Positions 1-10,228 of a DNA stretch of 64,000 bases are shown here, piece after piece. The translations under genes and the position numbers were made by a program. The stretch covers positions 960,001-1,024,000 of the forward strand of contig CBDCOH010000002.1 of the NCBI GenBank assembly GCA_965219685.1, in the 5' to 3' direction. How positions within the stretch are numbered: the stretch's first letter is position 1; each line of letters begins with the position of its first letter. The notes beneath the pieces are model-generated. The model did not search any database. It saw nothing but the letters and a program-made list of their open reading frames with translations, and was not told the DNA's origin. Source of the DNA: Candidatus Spongiisociaceae bacterium (GTDB taxonomy: Bacteria > Actinomycetota > Acidimicrobiia > Spongiisociales > Spongiisociaceae).

Positions 1-98
1 TGGATGGCCACCATCTCGGCTTCCAACCTACGATATAGATGGACAAGAACGTCCAAGTCCTCGGCTCGGGCGAGCCGGGCGGTAACCGAGATACCCAT
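1..98 (-). CDS. Probable GNAT-family acetyltransferase, 5' part only (runs off the window edge)
   Basis: Hand translation from ATG at 98: MGISVTARLARAEDLDVLVHLYRRLEAEMVAI, a typical GNAT N-terminus (R-x-A-x-x-E-D-L-x-x-L). TAGCCT -10-like box at 110-115. Not in the ORF track. Confidence 0.5.
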   Translation of the reverse strand, partial: MGISVTARLARAEDLDVLVHLYRRLEAEMVAI

Positions 99-162
99 CT
101 TGGTGGATGAGGCTAGCCGCAAGTGGACGACCGGTCGTTCACTCGAGGATCCGGCGCCGTGC

Positions 163-519
163 TCAGACGCAGTCGACGCAGAGCACGTTCTGGCGGTCCG
201 CCAACTGCACGTTCTTGAGGAGCAGGAAGCAGGATCGGCAGACGAACTCGTCGCCCCGCCGGGACTGGGCGCTCATGTCGAAGGCCACTTCCTCCCGGCG
301 GATCGCCATGATCTCCGACGCTTCGTCGACCAGGATCGTGGCCGACTCGTTGGTTTCCACCGTCTCCAGTTCCTCGGCCTCGAGAGCGTCGAGGGTCACC
401 GTGCCGTTGTCCGCCTCATCGTTTTCATCGTCCAAGTCGGAGTCCTCTGCGTACGTCTTTCCCGTGTCCCGATCGTCCCCGTCCTCGAACGGATCCCTGG
501 TGGCGTCATTCTCTTGCAC
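163..519 (-). CDS. DUF4193-family protein (acidic, C-terminal CxxC...CxxC)
   Basis: C-terminus DEFVCRSCFLL...LCVDCV matches the actinobacterial DUF4193 pattern. Start placed at GTG 519, 9 nt after TATACT; ATG 609 is an alternative. Confidence 0.75.
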   Translation of the reverse strand: MQENDATRDPFEDGDDRDTGKTYAEDSDLDDENDEADNGTVTLDALEAEELETVETNESATILVDEASEIMAIRREEVAFDMSAQSRRGDEFVCRSCFLLLKNVQLADRQNVLCVDCV

Positions 520-644
520 GGCGGCGAGAGTATAGACGCGGGGCGCGTCCGGCGCGGAAACTACCTGCGTGCGGACGGGTGGTGGAGACACTACTCCGGA
601 ACTGTCCATCCTGTGAAAGCGGGTCCCGCTCCGGGAGGTCGGGG

Positions 645-1529
645 TCAGATCTTCAGCCAGATCCGGCCCGCCTGGAGGCGTACCAGCAGAGGCGTGGTGC
701 CGAGCGGTTCGCCATCGGCCTCGACGGGCCACGGTTCCGCGGTCTCGACCCGGACCTCCCCCGCTACGAACCGCCTCACCGACGGTTCCGTGAGGTGATG
801 CCCTCCGCGAGCCTTGGGCATCAACCTGGCCACCTCCCGTTTGGCGGCCGTGATCACCTGCACGTCCAGCAGTTGGTCCACCATGGAGGCACGGGGGGCG
901 ATGTTGAAACCGCCTCCGAAGAACTGTCCGTTGGCGAACACCGCGGTGAGTGCCCTACCCCGGAAGCTGCGGCCCTCGGCGTCGAGCGAGATCTCGGTCA
1001 TCCGGAAGCGTGGAAGTGACGCAGCCACCCCTCCCACGTAGCGGAACGTCCCCAACCAGCCCGGCAGCCGGTACGAGGCGGCGGCCGCGGCGGCCGTGGC
1101 GCCGATGCTGGCCACGTTCAGGAAGTACCTCCTGCCCCACTCCCCGATCGCCAGTCCGACATCGACCGGGTAGGTGGAATCCCCGGCTAGGCGGTCGGCG
1201 GCGGGCCCGATCCGGTTCCCGAGGCCGAAGGTCCGGAGCAGGTCGCAGCCGGTTCCGGTGGGCAGGATCCCGAGGACGGGCCGGGACTCCCATTCGTGGG
1301 TCATCAACGCGTTCAGTACGGCGTTGACCGTTCCGTCGCCTCCCACCGCCACGAAGCGGGTCCGCCGCTCCGCGGCCGCCCCGGCCACTGCTCGGCGCAG
1401 GGCGTCCAGGCCGTCCACCTCCGTCACCTCGGCCGGTATGTCCCGGCTGCCCAGTGCTACCTCGACGCGGGACTTGGCGAGGCGGCCGCGAGCGGCGTGG
1501 GGGTTGACCAGTACCAGCCAGGGTGTCAT
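645..1529 (-). CDS. Diacylglycerol/lipid kinase family protein (YegS/BmrU-like)
   Basis: Motifs VNPHA, GGDGT, LPTGTGCD, NGQFFGGG and ADGE. Confidence 0.92.
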   Translation of the reverse strand: MTPWLVLVNPHAARGRLAKSRVEVALGSRDIPAEVTEVDGLDALRRAVAGAAAERRTRFVAVGGDGTVNAVLNALMTHEWESRPVLGILPTGTGCDLLRTFGLGNRIGPAADRLAGDSTYPVDVGLAIGEWGRRYFLNVASIGATAAAAAASYRLPGWLGTFRYVGGVAASLPRFRMTEISLDAEGRSFRGRALTAVFANGQFFGGGFNIAPRASMVDQLLDVQVITAAKREVARLMPKARGGHHLTEPSVRRFVAGEVRVETAEPWPVEADGEPLGTTPLLVRLQAGRIWLKI

Positions 1530-3571
1530 ACCACTCCTCCGGCGGCGACCACCCCCCGGTCCATCCCGGCGTGCAGCGGACCGATCACACGACCGAGTCG
1601 TCCTATTCCCAGGATCTCGGCGGCATCCCTTATCTGGCGTAACACGTCGAGCAGTTGGCGCGCGTTCCTCACGAAGTCGCCAGGGTCCAAAGTTTCCTCT
1701 TCGAGTAGAACCTCAAGGTCAAGGTCCCTCGCCCATGCGTAGGCGAGGTATCCGAATCCGGCTTCCGGGGGTCGGGTGGCGGGAAGGCGGTGGGCTCTCT
1801 CGGCGGATGTGTGCGCGTCCCAGAGGGCCATCAGGCTCCCCCAGCGCCGCTCCAGCCGGTCGGTCGGCCAGGGCTCGGGCGAATCCGACTCCCGGCGCGG
1901 TTCGTAGACGAAGGCCGATACCGAGGCGGCCAGTTCCGGAGCGGTGAGGTCCGTCAGTAGGCCGGTCCGGATGGCCTCGACGAGCAGGAAGTCCATCTCG
2001 TTGTAGACCTTGCGTAGGGCCTCGCCCGGTGGGCGAAGCGTCCACCCGTCGACGTACCCTCGGTCCTCGAGCAGGCGCCGGGCGCGGTGGAATCTACTCA
2101 CCAGGCCGCCCGCTGCACCCGGGCCGTGGCTCGGGGCACCCTGGCGGTTCGGGGGTCGCCCACGGCCGCCGCGGCGCCGCTGGAACTCAGCGAACGAGGC
2201 TTCCAGGAGCCGCTCGGCCTGGCGCCGGGGGTAGTTGGCGATCAGGTTCACGACCATGTTGTACGTGGGCCGGAAGCTGGACCGCAGCGGATGGCTTCCC
2301 AGATCCGCGATCGACACCATCCTCTCGAATGGGACGTAAGGGGAGTGCAGCACCACGCTGTGACCCACGCTGTCGATTCCGCGGCGTCCCGCCCGCCCGC
2401 TCAGCTGGGTGAACTCGCCGGGGAGCATCAGTTCGTGTCCCTCCCCGGTGAACTTGGAGAGCCGGTCCAGCACCACGGTCCGGGCCGGCATGTTGATTCC
2501 GAGGGCCAGGGTCTCGGTGGCGAACACCAGCTTCACGAAGCCGTCGCAGAAGAGCTGTTCGGTCACCTCCTTGAAGGCTGGCACCAGTCCCGCGTGATGG
2601 GCCGCCACTCCCTTCTCGAGGGCCGCCAGCCACTGCCCGTAACCGAGAGCCCTCAGGTCGGACGCGTCGATGTGCGCGGTTCCCTCCTCGGCCTGGCGCC
2701 GGATCTCCTCCCGTTCCGAGTCGTCGGTCAGCCGGATCCCGGTTCCGGCGACGCGCGAGGCTGCTTCGTCGCAGCCGATCCGCGAGAAGACGAAGTAGAT
2801 GGCCGGAAGCATGTTCAGGAACTCCAGGTGCTCCACCAGTTCCAGGCGTTTCGGGGTGCCGAACCTACGGCGGCGCCCGCCCCGACGGGACAGCAGGCGG
2901 GTAATCGACCGGTTCGGCCTCAGCCCCCCTGCCGTGTCCACGAACAGGGGCAGCACGTGGACCTCCTTGCTGTAGCGGTCCCAGACCGCCCACCACCTCT
3001 CGAGCCGGACCGGCCGGTGGTCCTCGATCACCAACTCCGTGCGGCCGCGCCGGGCCCGAAGCCATTCGGTGAACTCGTCGGCGTTGGCCACGGTGGCCGA
3101 CAGGCAGACCAGGCCGATGTGGCGGGGGGCATGGATGATCACCTCCTCCCACACCGCCCCGCGAAACCGGTCCTGCAGGTAGTGGACCTCGTCGAGCACC
3201 ACGGTGTCGACCGCGGCCAGATCGGAGCCGGCGTAGATCATGTTCCGGAGCACTTCGGTGGTCATCACCACGACCGGTGCTCCGTTGTTGATGGTGTTGT
3301 CCCCGGTCAGCAGCCCCACCCGGTCGGGTCCGTAGGCGTCGACGAAGTCCCGGTACTTCTGATTGGACAGCGCCTTCAGGGGGGTGGTGTAGAACACGCG
3401 CCTCCCTCTCTCAAGGCTCAGATGGACGGCCGCCTCCGCCACGAGCGTTTTTCCCGCTCCGGTGGGCGCGGTCACCACCACCGACCCTCCCCGCTCGACC
3501 GCCTCGGCCGCGAGCGCCTGGAAGGGATCGGGGGTGAACGGGAGGGACTCGAAGAACCGGTGGACTCTCAC
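1526..3571 (-). CDS. helY: Ski2-like DEVH-box RNA helicase HelY (short form)
   Basis: APTGAGKT, DEVHY, LSATV, ATETLALGINMPA, QLSGRAGRRG and a DSHCT-like C-terminus. GTG 3571 overlaps the tatC stop (GTGA). Position after tatC is the conserved actinobacterial synteny. Confidence 0.92.
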   Translation of the reverse strand: MRVHRFFESLPFTPDPFQALAAEAVERGGSVVVTAPTGAGKTLVAEAAVHLSLERGRRVFYTTPLKALSNQKYRDFVDAYGPDRVGLLTGDNTINNGAPVVVMTTEVLRNMIYAGSDLAAVDTVVLDEVHYLQDRFRGAVWEEVIIHAPRHIGLVCLSATVANADEFTEWLRARRGRTELVIEDHRPVRLERWWAVWDRYSKEVHVLPLFVDTAGGLRPNRSITRLLSRRGGRRRRFGTPKRLELVEHLEFLNMLPAIYFVFSRIGCDEAASRVAGTGIRLTDDSEREEIRRQAEEGTAHIDASDLRALGYGQWLAALEKGVAAHHAGLVPAFKEVTEQLFCDGFVKLVFATETLALGINMPARTVVLDRLSKFTGEGHELMLPGEFTQLSGRAGRRGIDSVGHSVVLHSPYVPFERMVSIADLGSHPLRSSFRPTYNMVVNLIANYPRRQAERLLEASFAEFQRRRGGRGRPPNRQGAPSHGPGAAGGLVSRFHRARRLLEDRGYVDGWTLRPPGEALRKVYNEMDFLLVEAIRTGLLTDLTAPELAASVSAFVYEPRRESDSPEPWPTDRLERRWGSLMALWDAHTSAERAHRLPATRPPEAGFGYLAYAWARDLDLEVLLEEETLDPGDFVRNARQLLDVLRQIRDAAEILGIGRLGRVIGPLHAGMDRGVVAAGGVV

Positions 3572-4287
3572 TTCTTGAGGGTCCACCTGATTATCCAGAT
3601 GGTGGCCTCGTAGAACACGTACAGGGGCGTGGCGAGCAGGATGAGGGTGACCGGGTCACCCGTCGGGCTCACCACCGCCCCGACCGTCACGATGATCAGC
3701 ACCGCCCAGCGCCGCCCGGAGGCGAGCTTGTCCGAGGTCAACGCGCCGGCGGCGGCGGCGCCGAATAGGAACACGGGGAACTGGAACGAGATCCCGAACA
3801 GCAGCAGGAAGCGGATCACGAACCGCGTGTAGAGCTCTACCGTCCACAGGTTGGTCAACTCGTCGAAGATCGAGACGAGGAAACCGACCGCCCGTGGCAG
3901 GCTCCAGTAGGCGAATCCTACGCCCAGGGAGAAGAGTGTGACCAGGGCTCCCACGACCGGGAAGGCCCACTTGCGTTCCTTGCGGGTGAGGCCCGGGTTT
4001 ATGAACGCCCATGCCTGGAAGAAGATCACGGGGCTGGCCAGGAAGGCACCTCCGAACAGGGACATGCGCATAGCGATGGAGAACTGGTCGGTCGGCCCGG
4101 TGACCACCAGCGTGTCGCCGGTGATGTCGGTGTACGAACGCTGCAGGAGGTCGAGCATGGCATGCCGGAAGAAGAAGGCCACCACCGTCCCCACCGCGAT
4201 GGCGGCCGCTGTCTTGATGATCCTCGTCCGGAGCTCGGTTAGGTGCCCCATGAGGGGCTGGCTCGACGGGTCGGAAGCGTCTGTCAT
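3568..4287 (-). CDS. tatC: Twin-arginine translocase subunit TatC
   Basis: HLTELRTR, FINPGLTRKER, SFQFP, SPTGDP, YE motifs; six hydrophobic segments. Confidence 0.96.
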   Translation of the reverse strand: MTDASDPSSQPLMGHLTELRTRIIKTAAAIAVGTVVAFFFRHAMLDLLQRSYTDITGDTLVVTGPTDQFSIAMRMSLFGGAFLASPVIFFQAWAFINPGLTRKERKWAFPVVGALVTLFSLGVGFAYWSLPRAVGFLVSIFDELTNLWTVELYTRFVIRFLLLFGISFQFPVFLFGAAAAGALTSDKLASGRRWAVLIIVTVGAVVSPTGDPVTLILLATPLYVFYEATIWIIRWTLKK

Positions 4288-4925
4288 GCAGCGCCCTGCT
4301 CGGGAACCTCGTCCTCAGGCGCGGTGTCGTCCCTTTCAGTGTCGGTGGCGTCCTCGGTTTCCTGGCGGTCCGCTTCGGCGCCCTCGCCGGGAGGGGGGTG
4401 GACGGTTGCCGGCATCGGGTCGCCCATCCCTTCCCAGACCTTGCTCGGCGAGACCCCCGTGGGCGGGTCCGGGGCGATCCAGCGTGCTTGAGCCTTCTCC
4501 GGAGGGGTGGTTTCGGCAGGGGGCTTCGCCGCGGGGGTCTGTTCGGTCTTGGAGGTCTCCGGTGGGGTGGTTCCGCCGGGGGCTGCGGCGGATGGGCGGG
4601 GCGGTCCGGGCCTGGGCGTCGGTGGCGCCTTGGTCGACTGCCTTATCTCCCGTTCTACGGACTTGGCGGTGTCCGCCGTCTCGGCCAGCGTCCGGCGGAC
4701 ATCGGATACCGGCTTGCGGATATCCTCCTTGATCTCCTTGATCGGTTCACGGAGGGGACCGATCTCATCCTCGATCCCGCGCCGAAGGTCGGTCACCGCC
4801 GCCTTGAGTTCGCGCAGGTATCCCCCGATCGTGCGGGCGATCTCCGGAAGCCGTCCCGGCCCGAAGACGACCAGCGCGATCACCGCGATGGTTAGTATCT
4901 CGGCGCCGCTGAACGAGTCGAACAT
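4284..4925 (-). CDS. tatB: Twin-arginine translocase TatB-like subunit
   Basis: N-terminal TM containing Glu (GAEIL), then VFGPGRLP, an amphipathic helix and a long Pro/acidic tail; directly upstream of tatC. Confidence 0.8.
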   Translation of the reverse strand: MFDSFSGAEILTIAVIALVVFGPGRLPEIARTIGGYLRELKAAVTDLRRGIEDEIGPLREPIKEIKEDIRKPVSDVRRTLAETADTAKSVEREIRQSTKAPPTPRPGPPRPSAAAPGGTTPPETSKTEQTPAAKPPAETTPPEKAQARWIAPDPPTGVSPSKVWEGMGDPMPATVHPPPGEGAEADRQETEDATDTERDDTAPEDEVPEQGAA

Positions 4926-5037
4926 GGGCTAATGGTACAGGCGTCCCGGTGTCCCGAGTCTCGGGATCGTCACGTCCGGTAGTCGGCCTCGTGGACCTCG
5001 GGCAACGCCTGTGCGTCCATGACCGCCGGCAGGTCCT

Positions 5038-5976
5038 TCAGGCTTCCCCGTAGCGGGCCAGGATCGCCCGACGGAGCCGGTTCACCTCCCGTGCGACCTC
5101 TTCGCCCTCGACCAGACGGGCGTTCTTACCGAGGCGGACCAGCAGGCGAGCCGCCACCCTGGGGTCCGACATGGCGAAACGGACCAGCATCTCTTTCTTC
5201 GTGTCGCGGATGACATCGACCGGGTAGTACTCGGCCACCCAGCGCGACCCGGGGCCGAGGGCGAGTATTGCGTACACGGCGTCCGCGGAGGCGGTGAAAC
5301 CGATGTCCGGATGCTCGACCTCTTTCGGCCGGTCGAAGGTCTGCGGTCGCTCCTCGAGCGATCTGATCCGGTCGACACGGAACGTCCGTAGGTCCTCGGC
5401 GAGCCGGCAGCGGGCCGACAGGTACCACCGGCCCATGGATGCGTACACCAGCAACGGCTCTACATCCCTGGTAGTGGTTCGGTTGGTACCGACCGCCAGG
5501 TAGGTGATTCCCACCACCTTCCCTTCGTCGGCCGCACGGCGCAGGGTTTCCAGGTGTTCGGGTTCGGCCGGAAGTTCCGCTCCTATGGCTCCGGAAGCCT
5601 CGGGGAGCACGGTCGACGCCAGTTTGTCCACCGCTCTGGTCAGGGCGGGGTTCGCCTGGCTGGTACCGGCTACCGCCATACCGGCGCTCAGCAGGCCGAG
5701 CGCCTCGGGCGGGGTGAGCCGGAGCGGTCGGGCGAAGTAATCGGCCATGTCGAGGATCACCCGGTCATCGTCGATGAAGGCCACCATCAGATCGCCGGGT
5801 CCGTACCCGGGGACACCGCACACGAAGAGGAGGGCTAGGTCGGCGGCCAGTTGGGACTCGGACTTGTACCCGAACCGCTCCATGACCTCCGCCACACGCG
5901 GGTACGGATGGGCGATGACCCACGGGACCATGGACAGGATCCGGGTGAGCCGACGCTGTGTGGCAGCCGCGGTCAC
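5038..5976 (-). CDS. pafC: WYL-domain transcriptional activator PafC
   Basis: RLTRILSMVPW, CGVPGYGPGDL, WYL and FRVDRI motifs; follows pafB. Confidence 0.93.
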   Translation of the reverse strand: MTAAATQRRLTRILSMVPWVIAHPYPRVAEVMERFGYKSESQLAADLALLFVCGVPGYGPGDLMVAFIDDDRVILDMADYFARPLRLTPPEALGLLSAGMAVAGTSQANPALTRAVDKLASTVLPEASGAIGAELPAEPEHLETLRRAADEGKVVGITYLAVGTNRTTTRDVEPLLVYASMGRWYLSARCRLAEDLRTFRVDRIRSLEERPQTFDRPKEVEHPDIGFTASADAVYAILALGPGSRWVAEYYPVDVIRDTKKEMLVRFAMSDPRVAARLLVRLGKNARLVEGEEVAREVNRLRRAILARYGEA

Positions 5977-6902
5977 GGGTGTTCCCTCACCCGGCGGATA
6001 AGTTCGGTTCTCAGGTCAGGCGGGTCGAGGATGACCGCAGCGTCGTCCATGTCCAGTATCAGATCGACGAACGAGTCCGTCACCGAGTACGGGATGTCCA
6101 TGACTATGGAGCCCTCCGGAGCGCGGTCGACCACCCGGGCATCCGGGAAACGGTTCTCGGCCCACCAGGCTACGTCGGGGTCCCAGCGGACTCGGGCCAC
6201 CGACCGTTCCGAGCCCTGCTCCCAAGGGAGCGACGAGAGTATGTCCCGGGCCGAGAAGTCCTGAGGGCGTTCGAAGGCCCCTGGCGGACCCACCACCTCC
6301 ATCTCGGTCGCCCGGTCCAACCGGTAGGTGCGTACAGCGCCCGGGCGTCCCGGCTCTGCCCCTGCGAAGTACCAGTGGCCTCTCTGATGCCGCATCCCGT
6401 ACGGTGCGAGGGTCCGGGACCGGCCCCGGTACGCGAACCGCAACATGGCGCGGTCGAGCACCGACTCGAAGACGAGACCCAGCATGCTGCTTCCCAGGCC
6501 AAGGTCGGCGCCCACCGGTGTCCCGGACTCGACGAACCGGGCGCCTCCCAGCTTCAGGAGAGCGTCGGATCCGGCCGGCCACCCCCCGCTGCGCACCATG
6601 TGAACCGCCAGCGCAAGGGCGGTTCTCTCCTCCTCTGTCAGGCCCGGATCGATCGTGCGGTAGTTCTCGTCGGGTATCACATATCCCCACTCCACCTCCC
6701 ACGCGTCCGTGGGCTGGAGTTCCATCGAGATTCCCAGCCGGCGCAGGCTGTCCTTGTCCCGCTCGAACATCCGGTGGAAGGCCTGATCGGAACGGTTCCC
6801 GTAACCGGCCACCTTCTGCCTGATCCGGGGGGCGGTGACCGGTCGGTCGGAGTCGAGCAGGAAGGCCAGGAGGTTTATGAGACGTTCGACGACTGTGCTC
6901 AT
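5973..6902 (-). CDS. pafB: WYL-domain transcriptional activator PafB
   Basis: ERLINL, RMFERDKDSLRRLG, HWYF and YRLDR motifs; downstream of pafA. Confidence 0.93.
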   Translation of the reverse strand: MSTVVERLINLLAFLLDSDRPVTAPRIRQKVAGYGNRSDQAFHRMFERDKDSLRRLGISMELQPTDAWEVEWGYVIPDENYRTIDPGLTEEERTALALAVHMVRSGGWPAGSDALLKLGGARFVESGTPVGADLGLGSSMLGLVFESVLDRAMLRFAYRGRSRTLAPYGMRHQRGHWYFAGAEPGRPGAVRTYRLDRATEMEVVGPPGAFERPQDFSARDILSSLPWEQGSERSVARVRWDPDVAWWAENRFPDARVVDRAPEGSIVMDIPYSVTDSFVDLILDMDDAAVILDPPDLRTELIRRVREHP

Positions 6903-6914
6903 TGATCACCGATT

Positions 6915-7000
6915 CTAGGTGATTAGTTCCTAGCCAGTAGTCTATGGGTGTTAGTCAGTGATTGTGGTTAACGTTAGATCGGATCAGTTGCCATCCGCCA
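6915..7000 (+). repeat. Family A TAG-rich intergenic repeat, copy 1
   Basis: ctaggtgattagttcctagccagtagtct...ggatcagttgccatcc aligns by eye with 15494-15580 and with the reverse complement of 33594-33672. Confidence 0.8.
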
Positions 7001-7073
7001 TTGACGGTGCGTGAACCGCCGCAGATACCCGACTCGTGGCCGCCGCCTCGGCCGAGCACCGGCCCGGCGGCGT

Positions 7074-8429
7074 CTATAGGCTGGCGATGAGTCGGGCCAC
7101 CCGCTCGTCCGTCGCCTTGAACGGGTCCTTGCAGAGGACGGTCCTCTGCGCCTGGTCGTTCAGCTTCAGATGTACCCAGTCGACGGTGAAGTCCCGCTTC
7201 CGTGCCTTGGCCGCCGAGATGAACTCGCCCCTGAGGCGCGCTCTGGTCGTCTGGGGAGGCTTCTTGACCGCACCGGCGATGGCGGCGTCTGTCACCAGAC
7301 GGTCGACCAGCCCTCGCTGCGCGAGCAGGTAATACAGGCCCCGAGCTTCGGTCACGTCGTGATAGCTCAGGTCGAGCAGCATTATGCGGGAGTCCGAGAG
7401 GCCGAGCCCGTGCTTGAGACGGTACCGGTCGATCAGGTGGTACTTGGTGACCCAGTCGACCTCCCGGTGGAGCGAGAGGGGGTCCTTCTCCAGGCCGGTC
7501 AGGAGGTGCTCCCACATCTCGACCGCCTTCTGGACCGCCGGTGCGAAGCCCGGGCTCCGCCCGAAACGGATGATCCGCTCCAGGTACTCCCACTGGATGT
7601 CGAGCGCGGAGAGCTCCCGCCCGTTGGCGAGCCGTACGGTCCGGCGGCAGGTCGGGTCCTGGCTGATCTGGCGTATGGCCCGGATCGGATTGGCGAGGGT
7701 CATGTCCCTGAAGACGGCGTTGGCCTCGATCATCTCGAGCAGTGCCACGGTTGCGCCCACCTTTATGAAAGTGGCGTACTCGCTCATGTTCGAGTCGCCC
7801 GCGATGACGTGCAGGCGACGGTAGCGCTCGGCATCCGAGTGCGGCTCGTCCCTCGTGTTGATGATCGGCCGGGATCGAGTGGTCGCGGAGGACACCCCTT
7901 CCCAGATGTGGTCCGCCCGCTGGGAGATGGAGAAGACCGGCCCCCGCGCCGTCTGGAGGAGCTTGCCGGCGCCGGAGTAGATCTGGCGGGTCACGAGGTA
8001 GGGGATGAGGATGTCCAGCATCTTCTGGAAGTCGCCCTTCCTTCGCACCAGGTAGTTCTCGTGGCAGCCGTAGGAGTTGCCGGCCGAGTCCGTGTTGTTC
8101 TTGTACAGGAAGATGTCGCCGCGGATTCCCTCCTCCCGCAGCCGCTGCTCGGCGGAGCGCTGCAGGTTCTCCAGGACGCGTTCCCCCGCCTTGTCGTGTG
8201 CGACCAGATCGTGAAGGTCGTCGCACTCGGGAGTGGCGTACTCGGGGTGGCTGCCCACATCGAGGTAGAGGCGGGCCCCGTTCTCGAGGAACACGTTCGA
8301 GGACCGGCCCCATGACACGACGCTGCGGAACAGGTAGCGGGCCACCTCGTCCGGGCTGAGGCGGCGCTGACCCCTCAGTGTGCAAGTTATGCCGAACTCG
8401 TTCTCGAGCCCGAAGATACGCCGCTTCAT
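7074..8429 (-). CDS. pafA: Pup--protein ligase PafA
   Basis: [60 protein letters not shown]. Confidence 0.97.
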   Translation of the reverse strand: MKRRIFGLENEFGITCTLRGQRRLSPDEVARYLFRSVVSWGRSSNVFLENGARLYLDVGSHPEYATPECDDLHDLVAHDKAGERVLENLQRSAEQRLREEGIRGDIFLYKNNTDSAGNSYGCHENYLVRRKGDFQKMLDILIPYLVTRQIYSGAGKLLQTARGPVFSISQRADHIWEGVSSATTRSRPIINTRDEPHSDAERYRRLHVIAGDSNMSEYATFIKVGATVALLEMIEANAVFRDMTLANPIRAIRQISQDPTCRRTVRLANGRELSALDIQWEYLERIIRFGRSPGFAPAVQKAVEMWEHLLTGLEKDPLSLHREVDWVTKYHLIDRYRLKHGLGLSDSRIMLLDLSYHDVTEARGLYYLLAQRGLVDRLVTDAAIAGAVKKPPQTTRARLRGEFISAAKARKRDFTVDWVHLKLNDQAQRTVLCKDPFKATDERVARLIASL

Positions 8430-8461
8430 GACTTCAGGCTAGCCCCGATCGTCGCGCCGGA

Positions 8462-8496
8462 AGCACTAACCGCCGGCCACCAGCTACCAGCCACTA
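8462..8496 (-). repeat. Family B post-stop repeat, copy after prcA
   Basis: Minus strand TAGtggct-ggtagctggtggccggcggttagtgct. The 27-nt core matches the copy at 62311-62337 at 20/27 positions (hand count). Confidence 0.55.
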
Positions 8497-9162
8497 AATC
8501 CCGGCCAGTTGTTCCTTCGGTAGGCGGCGGAAACGCCGGTTCTCGCGGTCGCGTTCCAGCAGGGCTCCCTCCCAACCGCCGACATTCCGTTCCTCGACGT
8601 GCCGGTAGGCATCGGCCGCCATCCTGAGGGCCACGTCGACCGTGGGGGTGTCGTCGTAGCGCTCGCCCAACTTGTCGGACAGGGCATCCGACTTGCCGCC
8701 GATGGCCGTGTAACCCCGTTTGTCGTACAGGGTGCCGTCGTAGGTGACTTTGAAGAGCCGATCCTCGGATACCGTGTGCCCGACCTCGGCGAGGAGTATC
8801 TCGACTTCGAAGGGTTTGGGCCCCTGGACGAAGATGTTGCCGAGGGTCTGGGAGAAGGCCGACGCCAGGCTCTTGGCGGTGACGTCGTCCCGGCCGTACT
8901 GGTAACCCTTGACGTCCGCGTACCGGATGCCCGCAACCCGCAACGACTCGAACTCATTGTACTTGCCAACCCCCGCGAAGGCGATGCGATCGTAGATCTC
9001 GGAGATCTTCGTGAGGGTTCGGCTCGGGTTCTCGGCCAGGATCAGCACGCCTTCCTGGGTTTCGAGCGCCACGATGGAACGTCCCCGGGCGATGCCCTTG
9101 CGGGCGTACTCGGCCCGGTCCTTCACCAGTTGCTCGGGAGGCACGTAGAACGGAAGCGTCAA
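8494..9162 (-). CDS. prcA: 20S proteasome alpha subunit
   Basis: PFYVPPEQLVKDRAEYARKGIARG, KISEIYDRI, GKYNEFE. Confidence 0.97.
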   Translation of the reverse strand: MTLPFYVPPEQLVKDRAEYARKGIARGRSIVALETQEGVLILAENPSRTLTKISEIYDRIAFAGVGKYNEFESLRVAGIRYADVKGYQYGRDDVTAKSLASAFSQTLGNIFVQGPKPFEVEILLAEVGHTVSEDRLFKVTYDGTLYDKRGYTAIGGKSDALSDKLGERYDDTPTVDVALRMAADAYRHVEERNVGGWEGALLERDRENRRFRRLPKEQLAGI

Positions 9163-9950
9163 CTGACCACCTCCAATGCTCGTTCCGCGGCTGCGGCCAC
9201 GACGGCCTCGTCGACGTCGTTGAACCCGTCGGCGGTGACGGTCACGACGTTCGGGTAGATGCCCCGCCGGATGTCGGGGCCGCCCGTGGCCAGATCCTGT
9301 CCGGCTGCGGCGACCAGGGCCTGCACGGCATGGTCGATGGCAGCTGCCTGGTCGGAGTCGGGTCGGTAGACGGTCCGCAGGTACGCTCTCGCCTCCCGGC
9401 TTCCCGACCCGGCCGTGCCGTACTCACGCTCCTCGTAGCGACCCCCCACCGCATCGAAGGTGAATACGTGGCCTCCCGCCGTGCGAGGCTCGACGCCGCA
9501 GAAGAGCGGCACCACCACGAAACCCTGCAGGGCCAGAGGAAGCTGGGTGCGCACCATGCGCGCCAGGTAGTTCGCTTTCCCGTCGAGGCTGAGACGGACT
9601 CCCTCCAGCTTCTCGTAGTGTTCCAGTTCGGTCTGGAAGAGCCTGACCATCTCGGAGGCCAGGCCGGCCGTGCCCGAAATCGCCACGGCCGAGTACTCGT
9701 CCGCGGCGAAGACCTTCTGCACGTGGCGGTGCGCCACGTCGTAGCCGGCGGTGGCCTGGCGGTCGCCGACCATCACCACTCCCCCGTCGAAACGCAGGGC
9801 CAGCACCGTGGTCGCTTCGGGAGCCGCGAGCCCGGGCCGGGAGATTCCCGGGGGTACTGACCAGTCCGGGGCCATGTCGAGGGACCGGATCAGTTCGGTG
9901 AAGCTGTGACCCGGCAGCGCGGCGTCGAGAGGGACCATCGACGGGGTCAC
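9159..9950 (-). CDS. prcB: 20S proteasome beta subunit (propeptide plus catalytic Thr)
   Basis: Propeptide ends ...PEA/TTVLAL; GDRQAT, ELEHYEKLEG, GSGS and ATGGPD motifs. Confidence 0.97.
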   Translation of the reverse strand: MTPSMVPLDAALPGHSFTELIRSLDMAPDWSVPPGISRPGLAAPEATTVLALRFDGGVVMVGDRQATAGYDVAHRHVQKVFAADEYSAVAISGTAGLASEMVRLFQTELEHYEKLEGVRLSLDGKANYLARMVRTQLPLALQGFVVVPLFCGVEPRTAGGHVFTFDAVGGRYEEREYGTAGSGSREARAYLRTVYRPDSDQAAAIDHAVQALVAAAGQDLATGGPDIRRGIYPNVVTVTADGFNDVDEAVVAAAAERALEVVS

Positions 9951-10138
9951 TCGCCGCCCTTCTGGACGTAGTTCTTCACGAACTCCTCGGCGTTCTCCTC
10001 AAGAACGGAATCGATCTCGTCCAGCAGGTCGTCGATCTTGCTGACGGCCGCACTCTCCGCGACCCTGGGTACCGGCGCCGGGCCGCCCGACGGGTCTCGA
10101 GGTCTGCGTTCCCTCTGCTGACGTTCCTGAGCCATCAT
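9947..10138 (-). CDS. pup: Prokaryotic ubiquitin-like protein Pup (C-terminal GGE)
   Basis: DDLLDEIDSVLEENAEEFVKNYVQKGGE; AGGAGGA RBS just upstream of ATG 10138/10135. Confidence 0.97.
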   Translation of the reverse strand: MMAQERQQRERRPRDPSGGPAPVPRVAESAAVSKIDDLLDEIDSVLEENAEEFVKNYVQKGGE

Positions 10139-10228
10139 CTTCCTCCTACGACGAGCCCGGCATCCCATGTGCCTGTCGCTCCGGCCAGACGGGTACTCCC
10201 ATACGACGTTCTCGAGCCCTGCAACATC

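Noticed and set aside
5038-6902. WYL proteins as regulators of a defence island
   Set aside because: Sequence motifs and position after pafA identify them as the housekeeping PafB/PafC pair.
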